A stretch of DNA of 64,000 bases, taken from assembly GCA_963677925.2 (NCBI GenBank), contig CAXXYH010000003.1, positions 512,001-576,000 on the forward strand, read 5' to 3'. The notes below the pieces were generated by a model. It searched no databases and was not told the DNA's origin. It saw only the letters and a list, made by a program, of their open reading frames with translations. Positions 18,210-27,147 of the stretch are shown in pieces. Origin of the DNA: Spirochaetia bacterium (GTDB lineage: Bacteria > Spirochaetota > Spirochaetia > UBA9216). A program made the translations under genes and the position numbers. Every line of letters starts with the position of its first letter. Positions within the stretch are counted from its first letter, which is position 1.

Positions 18210-21200
18210 ATGGCCGCTTTTGATGATATGGATGTTTCTTTTGACGATTTAGACGACGACACCGAAATCCAAGCCGGACTTGAAGACGACAATGATGAAC
18301 TCGAAAAATACGGTGTATGGGTAAAAACAGGCCCGGTAGACGTCGAAGAATCCGAGGATGAAACCGACAGTTCTGATTTTGTACTTGAAGATCTCTCAGG
18401 CGATGATTTTGAAGAGGATTTTGATTCCGATTTTAATTTAGAAGTTGAAGATGATGAACCGGAGTATGAGGAAGAACACGACCTGCTGACTGATGAGGAA
18501 GAAAATCTTCTCAGCTCTTTGGAAGATGAGATGTCCGAAATTGAAGCTGGAATTGACGAGAATGAAGATTTCTCTTTTGACGATATAGATGATACCATTC
18601 CAACGGCTGATGACGAAGCCTCAGTTATTGACGAAGACACCTTTACATTAGAAGAACCCGAAATCGAGCTTCCTGAACTCGATATGGAAGAACCTGAAAT
18701 AGAACCGGATACCGATGCAGAATTTAATGATCTCGATGCTCTGGAAGCTGATTTAACAAATATTGAAGAAGACCTTTCCGGAAGTATGACTGAACTGAGT
18801 GAAACGGTCTCATCTTCTGACGAACTTGACTCTGTAAGCTCAAAATCAATCCTAATGAAGATAGAAGAGGAACTTCTATCCATTAAAAAGGAACTTACAG
18901 ACCTCAAATCAGAACTTTCAACTATCAAATCTGCACCCGGAGCTTCTGCGGCTGAACCGGATGAATCCGGCGGATTTTTCGAAGAAGATGAGGATGAAAC
19001 AATTGCTCTGACAGGCGATGAGCTTGATAATATACTTAACACAGCAGATATTACGGAAGAAAGCGGACAGGAAACTGAAGCCCCCGAAGAATCATATGAT
19101 TCACATACCGATGCAGTGTCCGGTGATGAACTGGATAATATTGAAGATATTGACCTTGACTCAATCAGCGGTCTGGATCTTGATGCTGAACCTGAAGAGC
19201 CCTTTATTTCAGAGGAAATAACAGATACAGATGTGGAATCACTTCTCAACGAAGAGATCCCGGCTTCAGATGACACTTTCAACCAGGATGACACCGAAGA
19301 ATTACTTTCAGGCTTTGACGGGACTGAAATTCCTGAAGAGTCACTTTCAGACACCATTGATTCAGACGATATGCCGAATGAGACTCAGCTTGATGAAAAA
19401 GAACTTGAAATTATCCATGATGAGGAGATTGACCTTTCTTCAGTTGAAGATCTCGAAATGGATGATTTTGACATCAATGAAGAAGAAAGTGACGAACCTT
19501 CTTCAGACAGCTTTGCTGATGACATTATCACAGATGTACCTGACGACATCGATCTTGATGATATAGTTCTTGAAGAACCTGAAACTGAAGAAATAGATCT
19601 TAATGACCTCAATCTGGAAGAAGAGGGACTTATTACCAGTGACGATGCTATTTTGAATAGCATTGAGACAACTGAAGAAACTTCCCCTTCTGAAGAAGAG
19701 CTTGATTTGTCTGAAATAGGCGTTCAGATTGATGATGAAGAGCTGAATCTTGATAACGATATCGAACTTGAAGAAGAGGAACTCGAAATAGACGATGATC
19801 TCTTCCTTGAAGAGATAGAAACCTCACAGGAAGATGAAGAACTGAATCTTGATGAAGTTGCTGCTGAACTTAATAACGGTGAGATTATACTGGATGATGA
19901 ACTTGGGGACACTGAATTAGAGCTCGAGGACACTGAATTAGAGCTCGAGGACACTGAATTAGAGCTCGAGGACACTGAATTAGAGCTCGAGGACACTGAA
20001 TTAGAGCTCGAGGACACTGAATTAGAGCTCGAGGACACTGAATTAGAGCTCGAGGACACTGAATTAGAGCTCGAGGACACTGAATTAGAGCTCGAGGACA
20101 CTGAATTAGAGCTCGAGGACACTGAATTAGAGCTCGAGGACACTGAATTAGAGCTCGAGGACACTGAATTAGAGCTCGAGGACACTGAATTAGAGCTCGA
20201 GGACACTGAATTAGAGCTCGAGGACACTGAATTAGAGCTCGAGGACACTGAATTAGAGCTCGAGGACACTGAATTAGAGCTCGAGGACACTGAATTAGAG
20301 CTCGAGGACACTGAATTAGAGCTCGAGGACACGGAGTTAGAGCTCGAGGACACTGAGTTAGAGCTTGAGGACAATGAATTAGAGCTTGAGGACACTGAGT
20401 TAGAGCTCGAGGACACTGAATTAGAGCTTGAGGACACTGAGTTAGAGCTCGAGGACACTGAATTAGAGCTTGAGGACACTGAGCCGGAAACCGTAGACTC
20501 TGAAATCGTTTTTGAAGATACAGATCTGGAACTTGACGAATCTGCCATTGAACTTGATGGCGAGACAATAAATCTCGAAGAAGATACTGACATCAATCTC
20601 GATGAACTTTCTTTTGAAGACAGTGAAATTTCAGAACCAGAGGAACCAACTGAAGAACCGACAGATGACATTAACCTTGACGAACTCTCTTTTGAAGATG
20701 AAGATGATAGTTTTGCAGATATAGAAGTTGGCACAACGACACTTGAGATTCCTGAAGAGGAAAACAGTCTTACTGATGAAATTGAGCTTGACGGTGAAAA
20801 ATTTGCTATTGAGACTGAATCGGCTGATTCAATGATTGATATCGAAGGCCTTGACGAGCTTGAACACCCAGATGAGACAGTAACCGATGATTTTTCAGGT
20901 GTTTCGATAGAAGAGGAACCTTTTGACGAAATTGCACTTGACGAGGAACTGGACACTGATGACATTGAAGTTTCACCGACAGAAGAATCGCTCATAGAGG
21001 ATCCTGCTCAGGTATCTCTTGTAACGGAAGAAAATATATCAGACATTTCTGAAATATCCGCTGTAGAGGATGATACTATTGCTTCTATACCTGAAGATCT
21101 CAGAGATGACATAAAATCAGTTCTCTCATATATGGATCATCTGCTTGAATCTCTTCCTGATGATAAAATTACTGAATTTGCCAAATCTGAGCATTTCGAG

Positions 21201-21242
21201 GTTTATAAAAAACTTTTTGAGGAACTGGGACTTAAATCATAA
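18210..21242 (+). CDS. Very large Asp/Glu-rich, largely disordered protein with short ordered motifs and internal heptapeptide repeat
   Basis: 1010-aa ORF with SD; YGVWVK motif, coiled coil, GGFF...TIALTGDELDNIL motif, C-terminal helical IKSVLSYMDHLLESLP...YKKLFEELGL. Confidence 0.9.
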   Translation: MAAFDDMDVSFDDLDDDTEIQAGLEDDNDELEKYGVWVKTGPVDVEESEDETDSSDFVLEDLSGDDFEEDFDSDFNLEVEDDEPEYEEEHDLLTDEEENLLSSLEDEMSEIEAGIDENEDFSFDDIDDTIPTADDEASVIDEDTFTLEEPEIELPELDMEEPEIEPDTDAEFNDLDALEADLTNIEEDLSGSMTELSETVSSSDELDSVSSKSILMKIEEELLSIKKELTDLKSELSTIKSAPGASAAEPDESGGFFEEDEDETIALTGDELDNILNTADITEESGQETEAPEESYDSHTDAVSGDELDNIEDIDLDSISGLDLDAEPEEPFISEEITDTDVESLLNEEIPASDDTFNQDDTEELLSGFDGTEIPEESLSDTIDSDDMPNETQLDEKELEIIHDEEIDLSSVEDLEMDDFDINEEESDEPSSDSFADDIITDVPDDIDLDDIVLEEPETEEIDLNDLNLEEEGLITSDDAILNSIETTEETSPSEEELDLSEIGVQIDDEELNLDNDIELEEEELEIDDDLFLEEIETSQEDEELNLDEVAAELNNGEIILDDELGDTELELEDTELELEDTELELEDTELELEDTELELEDTELELEDTELELEDTELELEDTELELEDTELELEDTELELEDTELELEDTELELEDTELELEDTELELEDTELELEDTELELEDTELELEDTELELEDTELELEDTELELEDTELELEDNELELEDTELELEDTELELEDTELELEDTELELEDTEPETVDSEIVFEDTDLELDESAIELDGETINLEEDTDINLDELSFEDSEISEPEEPTEEPTDDINLDELSFEDEDDSFADIEVGTTTLEIPEEENSLTDEIELDGEKFAIETESADSMIDIEGLDELEHPDETVTDDFSGVSIEEEPFDEIALDEELDTDDIEVSPTEESLIEDPAQVSLVTEENISDISEISAVEDDTIASIPEDLRDDIKSVLSYMDHLLESLPDDKITEFAKSEHFEVYKKLFEELGLKS
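19908..20483 (+). repeat. Coding tandem repeat: 27 full copies of a 21-bp unit (DTELELE) plus a partial copy
   Basis: Unit GACACTGAATTAGAGCTCGAG; copies 1-20 (19908-20327) identical, copies 21-27 with mostly synonymous variants. Confidence 0.97.
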
Positions 21243-23053
21243 TGGATGTTCAAACTAATAAGTCCGGCCTGCTCGGCAGGGCTCTGCTTTTAAATGTTAC
21301 TGATTCAATTGAAGATATCAAACTGGATTCAGGTGAATATCATGAAGAAGCCGGTATTAATGATAATATAGAAGATCTTGTTCCAATAAACGGGGATGAT
21401 TTTGAAGATCATATTGACGATTTAATTGAAGAAGTAGATGAAGATGAATTCAATTCAGACATAGACGAAACAGAAACATCAGAATCGTCTGATTCAGAAT
21501 TTACAGAAGTAGAGGAAGAGATCTTTGACGACAGTGAAATTGAAGAGCTCGAAGAAGTAATTGAGGAAATCGAAGAAGTAACTGAAGAACCTGAAGAGGT
21601 AATTGAATTAGAAGAAGATTTTACTGAAGATGAATCGATTGAAGTTATAGAAGAAATTGATGAATTTGAAGATGATTCTGAAATTACAGATCTTGAAGAA
21701 GCCGTAGATGATGAAGAAAGTGTCGAAGAAATCAATGAAGATATAGAAATTTCAATAGGTGAAACCGACATAGAAATAGATGATGACTTTTCCGATTTGG
21801 AAGAGATTGATGATCTTGAAGATGAGGACTCTATAGTTGAGATAGATTCTCCCGATTTTAATGATGATCTGCTACCCTCACCTTCAGAGACGGAAGAAGA
21901 AACTGAAGAAGAAATCTCTGATCTTGACGGTTTAGATGACCTTGAAGATCTAGAAGAACTTCCAGGTGCTGATGATGCTGATGACGATATTGAGGAGCTT
22001 CCCTCATTAAATTTTAAAACTGAAAATGGAAACACCGAAAATCTTCTAAGCATTGACGCACTGCCCGAAAGAAAAATCAATTCTTCGACAAAGACGCTTC
22101 CTGTAGATATCCTTAATTCTGATATTAAATGGAACTATGATCATGATAAACTTAGAACAATGGTTCGAAATCTATCAGGCAGTCTTGAACTTCCCGCTGA
22201 AATATTTAAAGCAGCCCGTGAATATTTTTTAATTAAGTCAGGTATAATGCTTACTTTTGATTCAGAAAATGAAATTCTTCATCCATTCGCTTCAACAGGA
22301 ATTGATCAGACAAGCCTTAGAAGATGCCGTATTAGTTCTGAATTTTTAAAAAAGAAAAACATTCTGATGAATGGCGATTCAATTTTCTTAAATCTCCAGA
22401 AGTCACTTTTTACCGATTTCTTTTCAAAAAGACAGCTTGATATTACTGAATCTTTTAATATTCTCGTATTTATGTATCAGGATAAACTTTCCGGTATAAT
22501 GATAATTCTTGATTCTCCTGCGCTCCGCGACAGTCATTTCCAGGAAGCTGCTTATTTCTTCATTTCAAAAACTTCCGAAATGATGTTCAAAAATCGAGTT
22601 AATCGCATTGCGAAACTTTCATCGGCCGGCAACCTGCCTGCGATAGATTTTAATGATATAACCTCTAATGTTATCGATTTCTATGAAAGAAATGGAATAG
22701 AGCTTCATCAGGAGATTAAATTCACACTGATTGATTATTCAGGAATCATTAAATCTTTTGAATCATCCAACTCTCTTGTAGATACTTTTAATATTGAAAA
22801 GGATATTACGAAACTTCTTTTTTCAATGACAACAGATAAGGACTGCTTTCTAAGGGTCAGAGGCTATCGATTCTTTATCGGATTCTTTTCAGGTTTACGT
22901 GTTACGTCCGATATACTTAGAAATCAGATTAAGACTGCAGTATACTCAGTTTTTGATAAAAACAATATCGATTCTCCTCCTAGTGTTTCTATTTTTCAGT
23001 CTAATATTAATGCTGAAGAACTTGATAACCATATTAAAAATATCACAGAATAA
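21242..23053 (+). CDS. Protein with acidic disordered N-terminal half and folded GAF-like C-terminal region
   Basis: Overlaps the upstream stop (TAATG); GLLGRA motif, D/E-rich to ~aa 255, then alpha/beta region with ASTGIDQTSLRR. Confidence 0.8.
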   Translation: MDVQTNKSGLLGRALLLNVTDSIEDIKLDSGEYHEEAGINDNIEDLVPINGDDFEDHIDDLIEEVDEDEFNSDIDETETSESSDSEFTEVEEEIFDDSEIEELEEVIEEIEEVTEEPEEVIELEEDFTEDESIEVIEEIDEFEDDSEITDLEEAVDDEESVEEINEDIEISIGETDIEIDDDFSDLEEIDDLEDEDSIVEIDSPDFNDDLLPSPSETEEETEEEISDLDGLDDLEDLEELPGADDADDDIEELPSLNFKTENGNTENLLSIDALPERKINSSTKTLPVDILNSDIKWNYDHDKLRTMVRNLSGSLELPAEIFKAAREYFLIKSGIMLTFDSENEILHPFASTGIDQTSLRRCRISSEFLKKKNILMNGDSIFLNLQKSLFTDFFSKRQLDITESFNILVFMYQDKLSGIMIILDSPALRDSHFQEAAYFFISKTSEMMFKNRVNRIAKLSSAGNLPAIDFNDITSNVIDFYERNGIELHQEIKFTLIDYSGIIKSFESSNSLVDTFNIEKDITKLLFSMTTDKDCFLRVRGYRFFIGFFSGLRVTSDILRNQIKTAVYSVFDKNNIDSPPSVSIFQSNINAEELDNHIKNITE

Positions 23054-23055
23054 TA

Positions 23056-24612
23056 ATGTACAATTTCCGTGAAACCAGATCAGGAAATGAAACTGTTGAA
23101 ATAAACGGTCTGTTTCTTCACTCTAGTTTTGACCCTGTCAGAGAAGCAAAACGTTTCGTAAAATCAAATTTTAACAGTAACAGCACAACAGTTGTGTTGA
23201 TCTGTCCTGGGCTGAATTATATTGCCGCAGAAATTCGCAAAGACTGCTGCCATAATATTAAAATAATCTCACTTTATGCCTCCAGTATTTTTGCAGACAA
23301 AGACAATAATAAATCAGATTTTATATGGAATGCAGAGAGTAATTTACCTCTTAAAACTTTCCTAACATCAGTTTTAAATGAATTAGATATTGAAGGTTTT
23401 TCACTGCTTAAATGGTCTGCATCAGAAACCATCTTTAAAAAAGAAACAGCCTCAATTGAAAATGTACTAAGTCAATTTATCCGTGAGCTTCATGGAAACA
23501 TTACTACTATTTCAGGATTCGGTAAAATAATGTTTTCGAACTTTATTCGTAATTACAAGACGATTGAGAAGACCTTCAATATTACCGGAAAATCCGATTT
23601 AATTTTAATAGCAGCCTCAGGGCCTGGTCTTTCTGAAAGCATCAGTATTATTAAAAAAATACGAAAATCAGTTTTCCTGATTGCACTACCCTCTTCAGTT
23701 TCCTGTCTGCTTAATAATGAAATAGTACCTGATCTAATTATCTCTACAGATCCGGGATATTATGCCTCATTGCACCTCAGCAATTTAGAAATCCCGATTG
23801 CAGCACCGCTTACCGGAGCTCACAGCAGTAATATTCATAATATAACAGTTATTTTTACTCAAAATTATTTTCTTGAGAATGAAATCTTAAATAGCGAATC
23901 AGATTTTCTAAAAATTTCTTCGAATGGAACGGTAGCAGGTTCAGCATTAGGGCTTTCAGCGGTACTATCCAATTCATACATTATCTTCTGCGGTCTTGAT
24001 TTATGTTTTTCAGATATACAGGATCACTGCCGTCCTCACACTTTTGACAATCTAATCGAAACTTCGACCAATAGAACAAATCCTCTTCATAACACTTATT
24101 ACAACCGGAATGCATTGAATAGTTTTAAAATCGGTCACGGATTAGATAGACGCAGCCACGCAATGGAAGCTTATTACGGTTGGTTTGTTTCAAACAGCAG
24201 AAGGCTATCTAACAGAGTTTTATTTCATAATCCCCAAAAAAGAGCTCCTTCAGGATATAAAATATTAACTGATGCTCAGTTATTATCTTTATCTGAAAAT
24301 TGCGTTAATAATATTTCATTCACTGATAACAATAGATACAATGACGATTATACTCGAAATTCACTTATACAAGAATATTTAATAAAAGCCCAGGATGAAA
24401 TCAGACTATTTAAATCAGATACCGTCAATTCACTTAAAGATATATTAGCAAACCCTGATAAAAGTATTTTCTTTAATCTGTTTTTACCCCGGCTTCTTGA
24501 AATGAAAACCAGATATAATAAAGTTTCAGTGGACAGTCTTACTGAAATGGGTAATAATCTTGCAGAAGAAGCTGAAATCTTTATTAATAAAACAAGCAGA
24601 TATGTTAACTAA
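23056..24612 (+). CDS. Motility-associated factor (Maf)/DUF115 family protein
   Basis: LHSSFDPVREAKR, IAASGPGL, PDLIISTD, GTVA, GLDL motifs. Confidence 0.8.
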   Translation: MYNFRETRSGNETVEINGLFLHSSFDPVREAKRFVKSNFNSNSTTVVLICPGLNYIAAEIRKDCCHNIKIISLYASSIFADKDNNKSDFIWNAESNLPLKTFLTSVLNELDIEGFSLLKWSASETIFKKETASIENVLSQFIRELHGNITTISGFGKIMFSNFIRNYKTIEKTFNITGKSDLILIAASGPGLSESISIIKKIRKSVFLIALPSSVSCLLNNEIVPDLIISTDPGYYASLHLSNLEIPIAAPLTGAHSSNIHNITVIFTQNYFLENEILNSESDFLKISSNGTVAGSALGLSAVLSNSYIIFCGLDLCFSDIQDHCRPHTFDNLIETSTNRTNPLHNTYYNRNALNSFKIGHGLDRRSHAMEAYYGWFVSNSRRLSNRVLFHNPQKRAPSGYKILTDAQLLSLSENCVNNISFTDNNRYNDDYTRNSLIQEYLIKAQDEIRLFKSDTVNSLKDILANPDKSIFFNLFLPRLLEMKTRYNKVSVDSLTEMGNNLAEEAEIFINKTSRYVN

Positions 24613-26266
24613 TTCATTATTCGAACGAAATCTATTATCGCTTTCACTGCGCCACAAGGATCTGTCTGTAAGATTATCAAATTGTAATAAATCTGATAAT
24701 ACAGAATTTAAGGATTCAAAAACCGGACTGCCTGTTCCCATGATCAAATATAACGGCAGAGATTTTGCTCTTCATAGTCTATTTGACCCCATAAAAGAGG
24801 GTAAACGCTATTCAGAATCGGTACATGGCGGCGGATACATTGTTATATTCGGCATGGGTGCCTGTTATCATATTAAGGGGCTTCTTGACCGTAACGATAT
24901 TAACGGAATCCTTATCATCGACAAGGATATAACTGTTTTAAAGGCAGTCCTGTTATCTATTGATCTTTCTGATATTCTTTCAGATGCCAGAATTACTATT
25001 TTAATTGATGAAACGATAGAGTCAATTAAAGATTTTCTTTTATCAAGTTATCTTCCTGCTGTTATGGGTGATTTCCAGACTATATATCTTCGATCAAGAG
25101 TTGAAACCGAAAAAAATTATTTCAATGCAATAGGTGATTCCATAAAGGATATACTTGATGCACTTTCTGATGACTATACCGTCCAGACATGGTTCGGCAA
25201 AAAATGGTTTATTAACTCACTTGCTAATTTAGAAGCAGCGCAAAATTCAACAACTATAATTCCGCCGGCAAAAAAAGTGCTTATAGCCGCTGCCGGTCCA
25301 TCTCTGGATATTCAGCTTGACGATCTTATTAAAAGACGGAGAGAAAGTTTTTTAATTTCAACCGATACTGCTCTGCCAAGTCTTATGAGTCATTCTATAA
25401 AACCTGACCTTGTAATTTCAATAGATTGCCAGCAGATAACTTATCATCATTTTATGGCCGGATATCCTGAGGATGTTCCCCTGGTACTGGATCTGGCTTC
25501 GCCTTCATTTCTTACAAGACTTACAGATAAAACATTTTTCTTTACAAGCGGACACCCTTTTTCAAAATATATAAACCGTAATTGGAGACAGTTTCCTTTT
25601 ATAGACACATCCGGCGGGAATGTCACACATGCAGCGCTATCACTGGCAGACTCACTTGGCGCTGCTGAGATTTACCTTTACGGAACCGATTTCTCTTATC
25701 CTGAAGGTAAATCATATGCAAGGGGTACATATATCTATCCATATTTCGGCAGCAGGGCTGTTAGAACCTCTGGAATTGATTCAAATTTCTATAACTTCCT
25801 GCATCGTAATGAGAACATCAATCTTGTCAAAACAGATTACGGTTTCCGGTATACTACCAGACCGATGCTAAGCTACCGCGAGAGGCTGGAAAAGTTTTCT
25901 ATTAATGTAAGAGGCAAAATAATTCCTGTTCCGGGACAGGGTGAAAAACTCGAAATAGTTCAGAATACGAACAAACCTGCAGCAAATTTTACCAGCTTTT
26001 TTTCTGCCGGGAAAAGCAGATCCAGCTGGTATGATTTTCTGGAGAACTACAGAAAAAAAATTCTTGAACTGCCGGAACCCGCGGATCCGCTTTCAGTATA
26101 TTTTTCAATGCTGGATTTTACTGTAACAGACATATGGACAACACTTTTTCCAATTGCCGCAGTTTACCGGAAAAAATACCGAAACAGTAATTTCTCATCC
26201 TCGGAGATACTTAGAAAAGTACGTCTATGGGCTCTAGAAGCCACCGGGATTTATCTTAATAAATAA
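24602..26266 (+). CDS. Motility-associated factor (Maf)/DUF115 family glycosyltransferase-like protein
   Basis: LFERNL, LHSLFDPIKEG, AAAGPSL, TDTA, PDLVISID, GGNVTH, GTDFSY; start moved to ATG 24602. Confidence 0.85.
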   Translation: MLTNSLFERNLLSLSLRHKDLSVRLSNCNKSDNTEFKDSKTGLPVPMIKYNGRDFALHSLFDPIKEGKRYSESVHGGGYIVIFGMGACYHIKGLLDRNDINGILIIDKDITVLKAVLLSIDLSDILSDARITILIDETIESIKDFLLSSYLPAVMGDFQTIYLRSRVETEKNYFNAIGDSIKDILDALSDDYTVQTWFGKKWFINSLANLEAAQNSTTIIPPAKKVLIAAAGPSLDIQLDDLIKRRRESFLISTDTALPSLMSHSIKPDLVISIDCQQITYHHFMAGYPEDVPLVLDLASPSFLTRLTDKTFFFTSGHPFSKYINRNWRQFPFIDTSGGNVTHAALSLADSLGAAEIYLYGTDFSYPEGKSYARGTYIYPYFGSRAVRTSGIDSNFYNFLHRNENINLVKTDYGFRYTTRPMLSYRERLEKFSINVRGKIIPVPGQGEKLEIVQNTNKPAANFTSFFSAGKSRSSWYDFLENYRKKILELPEPADPLSVYFSMLDFTVTDIWTTLFPIAAVYRKKYRNSNFSSSEILRKVRLWALEATGIYLNK

Positions 26267-27080
26267 TACCTGCATAACCTACAAAAGATCTTGAAGGCTG
26301 AATATCATAACTGCAGGCATAATCAACAAGCATACCTGATTTAATATTCATAAGGCCTGCAAATACTGCAGCTGCAGCGGCCGCTCCCGGAGAACATGCT
26401 GAGGTCTCACTTAAAGCTGTATTAATAATATTATCAGGATTCATTGCTATCATCGCATCTATCATCCTTTGATCATTTATATTTTTTACCCAGCTTACAG
26501 GGTCATTCAGTGAATCCATAGGTGCAAAACCGTAGTTTGGACCATAGTGAGTCAGATCCGTAGATCCTACTACTGCACCTGAAACTCCCTGGTCATCAAA
26601 AATATTTTTCAGTTTTTCTGCCAATATAATGCTTTTAGAATCTGAAGGTGCACGCAGCCACAGGATCTCTGCATCCGGCGCCATTTGATTAATCATGGGC
26701 AGCAGAACCTCAACTGTGTTATCTGCGTAAACATCTTCTTTAACAGATATTTCCTTCTTTAAACATCCAAGAATACCTGCTGAATTTTTAGCTCTGCCAT
26801 TATCCGGAAGTTCAAAATAATCTTCTGAGGCAACAAGTATCGGATTCCCCGGCGGTAAATGTCCGCCAATTACAGCTATAACATCCTTATTGGAACAAAG
26901 CTTTTTTAATGTCTTTGCTGCTGTTCTTCCTGAAAAATACCATCCAGCATGGGGAACGACTGCAGCAGAAGTCATTTCATCATACTCCACTCCTTCAGTC
27001 CAATTATCTATCATTTTTTTGATATTATCACTTCTGGTTGGATACCATCCTTCAGGAAGCTTTCTGAAACGCATAGACAT
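26256..27080 (-). CDS. MEMO1 family (AmmeMemoRadiSam protein B-like)
   Basis: GWYP, VVPHAGWYFSG, DNTVEV, STDLTHYG, VGYAGI. Confidence 0.88.
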   Translation of the reverse strand: MSMRFRKLPEGWYPTRSDNIKKMIDNWTEGVEYDEMTSAAVVPHAGWYFSGRTAAKTLKKLCSNKDVIAVIGGHLPPGNPILVASEDYFELPDNGRAKNSAGILGCLKKEISVKEDVYADNTVEVLLPMINQMAPDAEILWLRAPSDSKSIILAEKLKNIFDDQGVSGAVVGSTDLTHYGPNYGFAPMDSLNDPVSWVKNINDQRMIDAMIAMNPDNIINTALSETSACSPGAAAAAAVFAGLMNIKSGMLVDYACSYDIQPSRSFVGYAGIIY

Positions 27081-27147
27081 AGTGCAGCCTCTCTTTTTTA
27101 TTAAAAAATAGTATATACATATTTTTTTCTACCGAATATTATTATAT

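Noticed and set aside
19908-20483. 21-bp repeat array as a CRISPR array (given a Cas2-like gene in the window)
   Set aside because: Units are head-to-tail with no unique spacers, lie in frame inside a CDS, and vary mainly at synonymous positions
18197-22080. Long Ser-rich and (QCPRALI)n minus-strand ORFs (18197-19357, 19724-20995, 19885-20568, 21409-22080)
   Set aside because: Antisense shadows of GAA/GAT-rich acidic genes and of the repeat unit; no independent coding signal
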